From Malacoraja senta (Eukaryota), in NCBI GenBank assembly GCA_038087875.1, contig JAXLNO010001745.1, positions 1 to 64,000 on the forward strand: a DNA stretch of 64,000 nucleotides, written 5' to 3'. The first letter of the stretch is position 1. Each line of letters begins with the position of its first letter. The notes beneath the pieces were generated by a model. That model made no database searches, had not been told where the DNA came from, and saw only the letters and a program-made list of their open reading frames with translations. Positions 36,901 through 47,300 of the stretch are shown piece by piece. A program made the translations under genes and the position numbers.

Positions 36901-39110
36901 TCATTTGAAAAAAATGAAACCGAATGCTCAAGTGTCTCGGTTTATTACCGGATCTCTTCCCAATCCTGTGTGCCTTATCCAGGAACGGAAGGTTTTCATT
37001 GTGCTCAATGTTGAATGTTTCCTTTTTCATTTTAGAAGCATATTTTATAACGTTATCTCCTTCTTGGGCTTCGGGCAAACCAACAATTCGTCAATTCAAA
37101 CCACGGCTTCTGTTTTCTAAGTCCATATTTTTAGACTTGTATTGCTGAAGTGTTTTCATTCATTCTCCGTTCCAATTTTTCAATCTTCAAATCTCTCTCC
37201 TGTCCCAGGGTGCGCAAGATATCAATTTGATCCGTTTGTTCACGAAGTTCATCTTGTAACAAAGACAGTTTTCCTTGGACTTCCTTCAATTTGGTCGAAA
37301 CTCCTTTCACCATTTCTTCCAAACTGCCAAATCTTGTTTTCATTTCATTTTTCAGCTCGTTGTTCAATTCATCATTCATTTTTCGATATTGCTTCTATGA
37401 TGCTGGAATCAGAAGCTGCAGCTGTGGTGGTGGCTTTCCCCAGTTCCTTCTTTGGGGATCCTCCTTTCCTTCTTGTCTCCATCCTTTTCACGATTAAGGC
37501 GTGTAAAAGTGTTATCAACACTTTATGAACAGTTAGACGGTGTCTTGAAGTCAAATAGTCACCAGTAACATTGAAAGGGTAGTGAGGGGAGCAGAGAGGA
37601 TCATTGGCGTCTCCCTACCCTGGGTACAAGAACTGTTCCAGAGCCGCTGTCTGAAAAAAGCTCAGAGAATTGCTAAGGACAAACTGCACCCCCTCCACAT
37701 ACACCTGGATCTCCTGCCATCAGGCAAGAGATATCGCAGCATCAAAGCACGGACCACAAGACTGCTAAACAGCTTCCTGCCATATGCTGTGAGGCTGCTA
37801 AACAGCCACTCTGTACTCACAGTCACCTGATTCAGCGGCTTGGCACGGACACTTTAATAACTGGCACTGGCCACTTCAATAACTGGCACTGGCCACTCAA
37901 ATCAGCTGCCCCGGACATCTTTATGATTGGTTTTACTGTATTTTAACGTTGTTGTTTTACCTACTTTTTCACTATTTATACTGTTCCATCAGGGACTGGA
38001 TTGTTTTTAGTGTTATTACGTGTGAAATGTTTTAAATTTCATGTGCGATGCTCCGGTATTCCCTGGGAAACGTCTTTTCATTTTGCACTGTACAACTGTT
38101 GCTTCCAAGATGACAATAAAGGTTGATTGAATGATTGATTGAATGAAAGAGTGGTCAGTGGAAGTTAAAAGTTAAGGGAGCAAACGAGTTTGCAACCTTA
38201 CAGCATGCTGCCACAAGGAGAGTCTAGTTATTGACATGTTATTGATGTTCATGATTATTCTGTTCTTTGTGCCTGGCCATTTTGACTTTGTCACATTTTA
38301 CTTGGTTTATGATATTGTACAAGATTTGCAATCACACCTCCCAATTGACTAAAATTATCCCAATTAACTAATTGCCTACTATGGCATTTAAATTATTGCA
38401 TTATATTCAGTGCAGCGTAGAAGCTGCAGTTTTTTAAAAAGGGCAAGTTTTTATTACATACTATGTGGTGTGTGCCTGGAAAGCACTGCCAGGGATGGTG
38501 GCGTCTGGCGTGCACCTTCGTGGGTGCATGGAGATGCAGGGGTTTGAGGGACATGAATCATTTGCAGGCAGATGCTGCCTAACTGGTGTCTGTCCGACTG
38601 ATCTGGAGGGATCTGATGGTCAGGCAGGGAATATTTCCAGTGACCCAATGGTGCTGAGTTCGCTGAATTTTACGGTGAATGGGAATGCCCCTGTAATAGA
38701 GGAACAGGTCCTTTGTCCAACAACGTTTGTGCTGAACATGAGTCCGCACCAACCAACGATCACCCACATAAGCTAGGGACACAAGTCAATTAACCTACAA
38801 ACCTGCACATCTGTCTTTGGAATGTGGGAGGAAACTGGAGCACCTGGAGAAAACCTATGCAGTCACAGGGAGAAGGTACAAATTCCATACAGACATCACC
38901 CGTGGTCAGGATCAAACCCAGGTGTCTGGCGCTGTGCCTTTATATCTGGAAGGAAGATGTTATGTGGGATGAATCAACAGTTAAAGCGAATAAACTAGTT
39001 GCATCTTTCTGAGTTCTGTTCTCTGCTATGCCATTTCTTTGTTGTCTAATATTTAATTTCCCTCCTCAGATTATCAAAATATTCAACCAAAGCAGAACGT
39101 GCACTGCTAA
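15687..39110 (+). CDS. Non-classical MHC class I-like heavy chain gene (5'-partial; alpha2, alpha3, TM and cytoplasmic exons)
   Basis: Four exons with AG/GT boundaries, all phase 1, join into one open frame: alpha2 276 bp, alpha3 267 bp, TM 108 bp, tail 41 bp to TAA. Domain order and exon phasing are those of MHC class I. The lineage cannot be assigned without a phylogeny. Confidence 0.9.
16470..19233 (-). mobile_element. CR1 LINE (young; 5'-truncated, internally deleted)
   Basis: Endonuclease (YFNARSI, ISETWL, VGDFN), RT (QHGF, VPQGSVLGP, YADD) and a (TATGGTTA)n tail. A deletion of about 386 bp relative to the 41-44 kb copy falls near 18519. Confidence 0.95.
19320..21560 (-). mobile_element. 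L1-clade LINE ORF2 3' fragment, interrupted
   Basis: ORFs 21045-21545 (FFRYLQLRDYI, LIQFKVLHKL) and 19652-19939 (ILTFWK, IWSPCIDFL) with an A-rich 3' end; split by the 19940-20895 insertion. Confidence 0.85.
19940..20895 (+). mobile_element. Non-autonomous GC-rich retro-element inserted into L1
   Basis: Interrupts the L1 frame and ends in AATAAA plus a (TTA)n tail; no recognisable ORF. Confidence 0.6.
21560..22190. mobile_element. Older CR1 3' fragments in both orientations
   Basis: EQFWTPYLRKDVLALERVQRR (minus strand) and a plus-strand KLRRAKFTRDV-like CR1 end. Confidence 0.7.
22195..22490 (-). mobile_element. tRNA-derived SINE
   Basis: Same SINE core with a (TAAAC)n tail. Confidence 0.8.
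24175..24470 (-). mobile_element. tRNA-derived SINE (decayed)
   Basis: Same SINE core. Confidence 0.72.
25731..25997 (+). CDS. MHC class I-like alpha3 (C1-set Ig) exon
   Basis: Acceptor tgtcttgtag|TT and donor TGGG|gtaaga. Translation (V)SPEVSLAARPDDHSVLYCTVFGFYPPAINVSWLQNG...DGTYHL...YSCHVDHSSLPGGKIIIW carries the C1-set motifs CxxxGFYP, W and YxCxVxH. Confidence 0.96.
28664..28771 (+). CDS. MHC class I-like connecting peptide/transmembrane exon
   Basis: Acceptor ttttatttttcag|AA and donor AGAG|gtaaga; phase 1-1. Encodes (E)GNGKKDRHICLIAVCVLILLAVALAVIVWWRKKRR: a hydrophobic helix followed by a basic stop-transfer run. Confidence 0.92.
29030..30570. mobile_element. Cluster of four tRNA-derived SINEs
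   Basis: Copies at about 29030-29330 (-), 29410-29712 (-, best conserved), 29860-30120 (+) and 30290-30570 (+). Confidence 0.8.
31845..37560 (-). mobile_element. Near-full-length decayed L1-clade LINE
   Basis: ORF1 remnants at about 37554-36640 (coiled coil; LDKAHRIG..KPRHLSIRF). ORF2 from the ATG at 36042 has endonuclease (LSWSVNGL, GDFNC), RT (GTRQGCPLSPLLF, LYADD) and a Cys-rich C-terminus (CDRC..HMFWSC). A-rich 3' UTR; many stops and frameshifts. Confidence 0.93.
37562..38145 (+). mobile_element. Rex1/Babar LINE 3' fragment
   Basis: AERIIGVSLP..KAQRIAKDKLHP..LLPSGKRYRSIKARTTRLLNSF, ending in GACAATAAA plus a (TTGA)n tail. Confidence 0.85.
39070..39110 (+). CDS. Probable terminal cytoplasmic-tail exon (DYQNIQPKQNVHC*)
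   Basis: Strong acceptor ctaatatttaatttccctcctcag| with a branch-like ctaat. Phase 1 matches the TM donor and gives a YxxPhi motif. It lies 10.3 kb from the TM exon (5.7 kb of that is L1), and there is no transcript evidence. Confidence 0.62.
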
Positions 39111-40085
39111 CCAATCGCTGAGTAGAAGATTTCATGGATGTGATTAAAATGCAGGAACTGAAATAATTGGAAAGGGTTAAATTAAGTTTATCAAACATGA
39201 CAGAAATTCTCAATAGACTGCCCTGCATTTGTACAAATTAGAGCTATCTAGCAATTTATGTTGATAACAACTGATATGACTGAGGCCTCAACTCCTTTAC
39301 TGTGCTTATTCCACATAAGACACAATTCCCTGTTCTTTTAGAATATATCCACGCATTATCCATCAATTCACCAGCACATCATGCCTCTTTAATACATTCA
39401 TAAGGTTAACTCTGTTTCTTGTCATCTCCAAGGGACACAGAACCAGTGATTTCAGCCATTCATGGTTAGGCAACACTTGCTTATTCCAGAAATCTCTTCT
39501 AGCTGATATCCAATATTAATATATCCTTTCTTAAATTTGAGGACCAAGCTGTGCACAGTAGTCCTGATATGTCCTTAGCAACATCATGTACCATAATTAC
39601 AATAGTAACCTACTTTGAATGCTAATCACATTCTGCGTTGTGTGCTGCATCTACCTGCTGGCTTTTTGTTTGCACTTTAAGCACTTGAATCTCTTGTACT
39701 CCACTCATTTGCAATCTCACTCCATTTAGATAATAGCTTCTTTTAATTGATCTTACCAGAGTGTGTGAGCACATATTTTCCATTCTTAAACTCCATTTGC
39801 CATGTTTATGTTCATCTAACAAAGAGTCATGGAGCCATATAGCATGGAAGTAGGTACTTCAGCCTAATGCTCCAAGCTGAACAAGATGCTACATTTAGGT
39901 TAGTCACATTTGCCAGCGTTCGGCCCACTTTCCTCTCAACATGTTCTATCCATGTACCTGTCCAAGTGTCTTTTCAATGTTGTTATTCTACCTTCGCTGG
40001 CAGCTCATTCCATACACCCAGTAACCTCTTAGTAGAAAAGGTTGCCTCTCGGGTTCCTACTAAATCTTCCTCCTCACCTTAAACC

Positions 40086-40719
40086 CAGGGGTGCAGTGCT
40101 GCCGGAGCTCACCTGAGCACCGATCCGGCACCTCTGTTAAAGAAAAAATAAACAGCGTGGAATTTTAACTAGCGGATGTGTGGTCGGGGTAACCTGATTA
40201 AAAGAGGGGTAAGGGGAAGACCCATCACTACTGAGGTTCGCTGTAGGAGGAGGGGAACACTATGATGCAGCAGAGACAGACCATGTGATGTGTGCATAGT
40301 TTGTGGTTGTGGGCCTGGAGCTGAGCCTGGAACTCTGGTGGGTGGGTGAGTGGGTGGGTGTGTGTGTAGGTGAATGGGTGTGAGGGTGAGAGTGTGTGTG
40401 TGAAGGCCCAGAGCTGCAGGATAGCCAGGGCGAGTCGGTGTCTTGCCGGCACCTCTGTAAAAATACATGATAACCGTATTTTTCTTTACTTGCTTCATAA
40501 TTATATTTCATGATAATCAGTGAGTGCAACCATGCAATATTTTGTCATAATTAAATTAAGTATTATATGTTTTAATGTACTAGCTATACACTGGGATGTA
40601 GTAATAGGCTATAATCTTGTTTGACCCTCTAGGGAGACTAGCTTGCCTCCCCCCCTAGCAAAATCTGAAATGCCCCTGTTTGACAGCTCCGACACCTAAA
40701 CAATTAGCATTGAACACTG
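40086..40719. mobile_element. Non-autonomous hAT element
   Basis: Perfect 8-bp TSD CTTAAACC (40078-40085 and 40720-40727) and imperfect CAG..CTG termini; splits a CR1 3' fragment. Confidence 0.8.
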
Positions 40720-41059
40720 CTTAAACCTGTTTTTGCTGGTTCTTGATTACCCTACCCTGGGTAAAATAAATCCTGATCAATCGCCCTCATGATTTTAGAA
40801 AGCTCTCTAAGCACCAATTAAATGGTTTCAATTATAGATAGAGTAAGACTTTGTGGTTATTTCCAACAAGAATTTTAGACTAAAGAAAGGCCAGTGGAAG
40901 TACTTGGTCAAACAGCATCTGTGGAGGCAAATGACATATACCAACATTTCAAGTCAAGGCACTGCATTAGAATTGAAGGAGAGGATGGGAAGATTCTAAC
41001 AGTTTGAAGGAGGAATGGGGCAGAGGCTGGTAAGTGGCAGGTGGAATCAACTGGGGAGG

Positions 41060-44000
41060 GGATGAATCTCAGGATTACTGCCTGTGCCACGTGACGGTGA
41101 GAGTAGGAATGGAGTGAGGTGGAGGATAAATGCGTGGCTGAGGAACTGGTGCAGCGGGCAGGGATTCAAATTTCTGGATCATTGGGATTTCTTTTGGGGA
41201 AGGAGTGACCTGTACAGAAAGGACGGGTTGCACTTGAACCCGAGGGGCACCAATATCCTGGCGGGGAGATTTGCAAAGGCTACTGGGGAGACTTTAAACT
41301 AGAACGGTTGGGGGGAGGGACTCAAATAGAGAAAGCTAGTGGAAAATGTGGGAGGCAGGAGGCAGAGAAGGGAAGCACTCGGACCCAAAATGTAGGGGAG
41401 AAAGAAGAAAAAGATAATAAACAGAGAATAAGTGGTGGTGGGTTTCTTAAATGTGTATATTTTAATGCAAGGAGCATTGTAAGAAAGGTGGATGAGCTTA
41501 GAGCCTGGATTGACACCTGGAAGTATGGTGTTGTGGCGATCAGTGAAACATGGTTGCAGGAGGGCTGTGATTGGCAAATAAATATTCCAGGATTTCGTTG
41601 CTTCAGGGGTGATAGAATTGGAGGGGCAAGAGGTGGGGTGTTGCATTGCTTGTCAAGGAAGATATTACAGCAGTGCTTTGGCAGGATAGATTAGAGGGCT
41701 CGTCTAGGGAGGCTATTTGGGTGGAACTGAGAAATGGGAAAGGTGTAGCAACACTTATAGGGGTGTATTATAGACCGCCAAATGGGGAGCGAGAATTGGA
41801 AGAGCAAATATATAAGGAGATAGCAGATATTAGTAGTAAGCACAAGGTAGTGATTGTGGGAGATTTCAATTTTCCACACATAGACTGGGAAACACATTCT
41901 GTAAAAGGGCTGGATGGTTTGGAGTTTGTAAAATGTGTGCAAGATAGTTTTTTGCAGCAATACATAGAGGTACCTACTAGAGAAGGGGCAGTGCTGGACC
42001 TCCTGTTAGGAAATGAGACAGGGCAAGTGGCGGAGGTATGCGTCGGGGAGCACTTCGGGTCCAGTGATCACAATACCATTAGTTTCAATATAATTATGGA
42101 GAGGGTCAGAACTGGACCTAGGGTTGAGATTTTTGTTTGGAGAAAGGCTAACTTTGAGGAGATGCGAAAGGATTTAAAAGGAGTGAATTGGGACATGTTG
42201 TTTTATGGGAAGGATGTAGAAGAAAAATGGAGGACATTTAAGGGTGAAATTTTAAGAGTACAGAATCTTTATGTCCCTGTTCGGTTGAAAGGAAATAGTA
42301 AAAAATGGAAAGAGCCATGGTTTTCAAGGGAAATTGGACACTTGGTTCGGAAAAAGAGAGAGATCTACAATAATTATAGGCAGCATGGAGTAAATGAGGT
42401 GCTTGAGGAGTATAAATAATGTAAAAAGAATATTAAGAAAGAAATTAGAAAAGCTAAAAGAAGATATGAGGTTGCTTTGGCAAGTAAGGTGAAAGTAAAT
42501 CCAAAGGGTTTCTACAGCTATATTAATAGCAAAAGGATAACAAGGAATAAAATCGGTCCATTAGAGAGTCAGAGTGGACAGCTATCTGCAGAGCCAAAAG
42601 AGATGGGGGAGATATTGAACAATTTCTTTTCTTCGGTATTCACGAAGGAGAAGGATATGGAATTATGTGAGGTAAGGGAAACGAGCAGAGTAGCAATGGA
42701 AACTGTGAGATTCAAAGAAGAGGAGGTGCGGACACTTTTGAAAAATATGAAAACGGATAAGTCTCCAGGTCCCGACAGAATATTTCCTAGGACATTGAGG
42801 GAAGTTAGTGTAGAAATAGCAGGGGCTATGACAGAAATATTTCAAATGTCATTAGAAACGGGAATAGTGCCGGAGGATTGGCGTACTGCGCATGTTGTTC
42901 CGTTGTTTAAAAAGGGTTCGAAGAGTAAACCTAGCAATTATAGACCTGTTAGTTTGACGTCAGTGGTGGGCAAATTAATGGAAAGGATACTTAAAGATAA
43001 TATATATAAGCATCTGGATAAGCAGGGTCTGATTAGGAACAGTCAACATGGATTTGTGCCTGGAAGGTCATGCTTGACTAATCTTGAATTTTTCGAAGAG
43101 GTTACTAGGGAAATTGATGAGGGTAAAGCAGTGGATGTTGTCTATATGGACTTCAGTAAGGCCTTTGACAAGGTTCCTCATGGAAGGTTGGTTAAGAAGA
43201 TTCAATTGTTGGGTATTAATGGTGGAGTAGCAAGATGGATTCAACAGTGGCTAAATGGGAGATGCCAGAGAGTAATGGTGGATGGCTGTTTGTCAGGTTG
43301 GAGGCCGGTGACTAGTGGGGTGCCTCAGGGGGTCTGTGTTGGGTCCACTGTTGTTTGTCATGTACATCAATGATCTGGATGAAGGTGTGGAAAATTGGAT
43401 TAGTAAGTATGCAGATGATACTAAGATAGGTGGTGTTGTGGATAATGAAGTAGATTTTCAAAGTCTACAGAGAGATTTAGGCCATTTGGAAGAGTGGGCT
43501 GAAAGATGGCAGATGGAGTTTAATGCTGACAAATGTGAGGTGCTGCATCTCGGCAGGACAAATCAAAATAGGACGTACACGGTAAATGGTAGCGAATTGA
43601 GGAATGCAGTTGAACAGAGGGATCTAGGAATAACTGTGCATAGTTCCCTGAAGGTGGAATCTCATGTAGATAGGGTGGTAAAGAAAGCTTTTGGTGTGCT
43701 GGCCCTTATAAATCAGAGCATTGAATATAGAAGTTGGGATGTAATGTTAAAATTGTACAAGGCATTGGTGAGGCCAATTCTGGAGTATGGAGTACAGTTT
43801 TGGTCGCCTAATTATAGGAAGGATGTCAACAAAATAGAGAGAGTACAGAGGAGATTTACTAGAATGTTGCCTGGGTTTCAGCAACTAAGTTACAGAGAAA
43901 GGTTGAACAAGTTAGGTCTTTATTCTTTGGAGCGCAGAAGGTTAAGAGGGGACTTGATAGAGGTCTTTAAAATTATGAGCGGGTTAGACAGAGTGGACGT

Positions 44001-44360
44001 GGATAAGCTTTTCCCATTGAGAGTAGGGAAGATTCAAACAAGGGGACATGACTTGAGAATTAAGGGACAGAAGTTTAGGGGGAACATTAGGGGGAACTTC
44101 TTTACTCAGAGAGTGGTAGCTGTGTGGAATGAGCTTCCAGTGGAAGTGGTGGAGGCAGGTTCGATGTTATCCTTTAAAAATAGATTGGATGGGTATATGG
44201 ACGGGAAAGGAATGGAGGGTTATGGTCTGAGTGCAGGTAGATGGGACTAGGGGGAAGTATTTTATTTTTAATTTTAAAAAAAAATTAAAAAAAATTTAAA
44301 TGTTCGGCACGGACTTGAAGGGCCGAGATGGCCTGTTTCCGTGCTGTTATGGTTATATGA
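41060..44360 (+). mobile_element. CR1 LINE with ORF1 esterase end and nearly complete ORF2
   Basis: ORF1 SGNH-esterase end (DHWDFFWGRSDLYRKDGLHLNPRG), then ORF2 endonuclease and RT broken by a frameshift near 41635, a TAA at 42417-42419 and a frameshift near 43330; TTATGGTTATATG tail. Confidence 0.96.
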
Positions 44361-47300
44361 TGGGCAGATGGAGCAAAGTTGGTGTATGGGTGGTTGTGGG
44401 AGAACAAATGAACACCAGTGGTATGGATAAGCTGAAATGTGAAAACTTTATATTCATACCATCGGCTTGTAAGTTACCCAGGTGGATTATCAGATATTTT
44501 ACTTAAAACTTTCTGTGCCCAAGGTTAACGACAGATGGGTCAGTGTGTGAGTGGGAAGGGGTATTAAAATACCATACAACAGATCTCAGGATGATCTTTA
44601 CTTCAAAGGGATGTGCTGTACAAAATGGTTGACATCTAAGCTAGTTTCTCCACAGTGTGAGCAATGAATGCAGTATAGAAAGTTGAAAGAGGTGCAAGTG
44701 AACCTCTGTCTCATTTGAACAGATTATTCTCCTGTTGTTCACCTCTTCCTCCTCCTCTCCTACCTGTTTCCATCTACCCATTATCCTCTCCCCACCTGGT
44801 TCTACGTTTGATCTACCAGCGTCTGTCCTATTCCTCCCTGATTGCTATATATTGGCAATCCATCCTCTTCCCTCGCAGGCCTGGTGCAGGTTCTTGACCC
44901 TATTTGTGACATCAACCATTTGTCCCAATAATTTTGCTTGAGCCATTGAATGCTTTCAGTCTTCTGTTTTTAGTTGCAGATTCCATTAGCTACAGTCATT
45001 ATTGGATAGAATATATGTTGTTTTAACACTGCATTTAGTCTGAGACACAGCACCAATAAATGTTGTTACATAACGCTTGGTTATTTGATGATGTCAAAAG
45101 TCTTGATTGTTTGTACTTTGTACATTTCTAATCTAATGCAAAGAATTTATCATCCATAAGAATATTAAATTATCCACGGTGACTGGTGGTACAGAGATCA
45201 AGTTCATTTTATGTGGCTCATTTGGTACAAGTTCTGCTCTTGAGATTTAACCTAATAATAGTTGCCTGTAGAATGTGCTTGATGAATAGACCATTGAGTA
45301 TAAGATTTTTGGAAATAGATTGGCATGAAATCCAAGTAAACACATTGGATTGCACCCTGTTTTATAGTGGCTTCATGTTGCGAAGTAAAGGCAAGATATA
45401 TGGAATATGCAAGATATAATATGAAAGATATAATATGCAAGGCGCAAAATTAAATTGTTGTTAAGAAAATGTAAGGCCTCCATTTATTTGCAACAGCATC
45501 AATCACAGTTATCTTACGTCAAAGTTGATTTTGTATTTTTTAAAGAATGAATGGGAACAAAATGATCAAAAATGTATTGGCAGTCAAAGTAATACAAGGT
45601 TGTAGAGGAGACAAGTGTGTAGGAACAGGCCACTCTGCCGATCCTGCCAATACTGGCGAATATAGTCCACATGAGCCTCTTCCCACCTTATGCGATCTGC
45701 AACATGGTTGGCAAGTCTGTGCTGGATTCTCCAATGTAGAACCGAGTGTTCTTTTCTCTTTTGTGTTTGCCCAGCCTTCCCCTAAATGCAATTCATTGAT
45801 CTGGATCCTCATTCTCACCTGTATTGGGTGGGAGGGGAGGAGAGGGAGCATTCTCTGTAGAATTCCCTGCTGGATTTTATGGTGGAAATGTTTTCACCAT
45901 AGTGATTCATTTAAAAGCTTTATGTATTTTAATATCACCCTTCAGCCACTTCTCAAAGGGGTGGAGGGCAGGGTGTGAACGACTTACCCAGGGACATTCG
46001 ATGACCGTGTTTTGTTTATTTTATCCAAACATTTTTTAATATAAATTAATATAGTATTATTTTTTTGTATCTTGGGTAAGCACATTGAAATAGCAATGGA
46101 TGGCGTGTTCAGAAAATTATTTCTGATTTGTCCTCGCTTTGTGAACACCAAACCAATGTATGCATCTGTCTTATCTGCAAAAAGGCATTGGCACCAGGGT
46201 CTAGGTTCCTTTTAAGCATCCCAGTTATCATGTTCTTCGATGCAGAGGAAATGTGGCCACGATAAATACAAAAATGTTGAAATGCAGAATATAAAAGTAA
46301 TAGGAATTCAGGCATTTGAGCCTCAACTATTATTCCATGTGATCAATTGTGACCTAAAATGTATACCTTGATCCTTTTATTTCTCTGATCCTTTGACCAT
46401 ACAAATAACATATAACTCCTTGTATAAATTCAATGATCTGTGTTCAACTGCTTCCAGTGGTGTAACATTCCACACGTTCATCATTCTGTGCGAGAAGTAA
46501 TCGCTCTTCATCTCAACTTGAAGCCTTATCATCAGATTGTGTCCACTGGGTCCTGAACTGACCGGATTTCCCTCTTGAATATATGTATACGTACATATAT
46601 ACACATATATGTGTGTGTGTGTACCTGTGAGTATGTGTATATATATATATATGTGCACACTGATTTTGTTTTTCTCTTTCTCGTTTTTCATATTGTTTAC
46701 CATGTACTATGTTTACATATTCCATTGTGCTGCAGTGAGTAAGAATTTCATTGTACTATCTGGGACATATGACAATAAAACACTCTTGACTCTCTTGAAT
46801 CTGTACAGACCCATAAGAATGTTGTAGTTGATTTTGAATGGTCCTAATCACAATGTAAAACTAATCGCCCAAATCGCCCTTCATACATTCGTCCTCCCAT
46901 CCCTGAAATCTGATGAATCTTCACAGCACTCCCTCCATAACAAGAACATTCTTCCTAAGATCAGGAGACTAAAACTGCAGATGCCCTGGTATTGGCAAGC
47001 ACATTTCTCAGAATAACATGATAATAATAATAATAATAGATTTTATTTATATAGCGCTTTTCAGGACACAAAGTCGCTTTAGAAAGGGATAAGGAGGAAT
47101 CCCTAGTCAGAGGGTGGTGAATCACATATTAAGTTCTTGGAGCTCTGGAAAATTATCAATCTTTGATGGGAAGAATGGATAGGGAGGCTGATCACTTTGC
47201 TGGAGGGTTTGAGAGCGGACAAGGAATTCTATGCAACGTGCGTTTGGAATGTCAAGTGTATGGCATGTAGATGTTGTGTAATTGGCTCCATTATGCCCTT

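Noticed and set aside
45988-46176. Minus-strand exon-like frame (acceptor ttttgcag|, donor CTGG|gtaagt, about 62 open codons)
   Set aside because: AT-rich, no recognisable homology and no convincing partner exons; may be chance.
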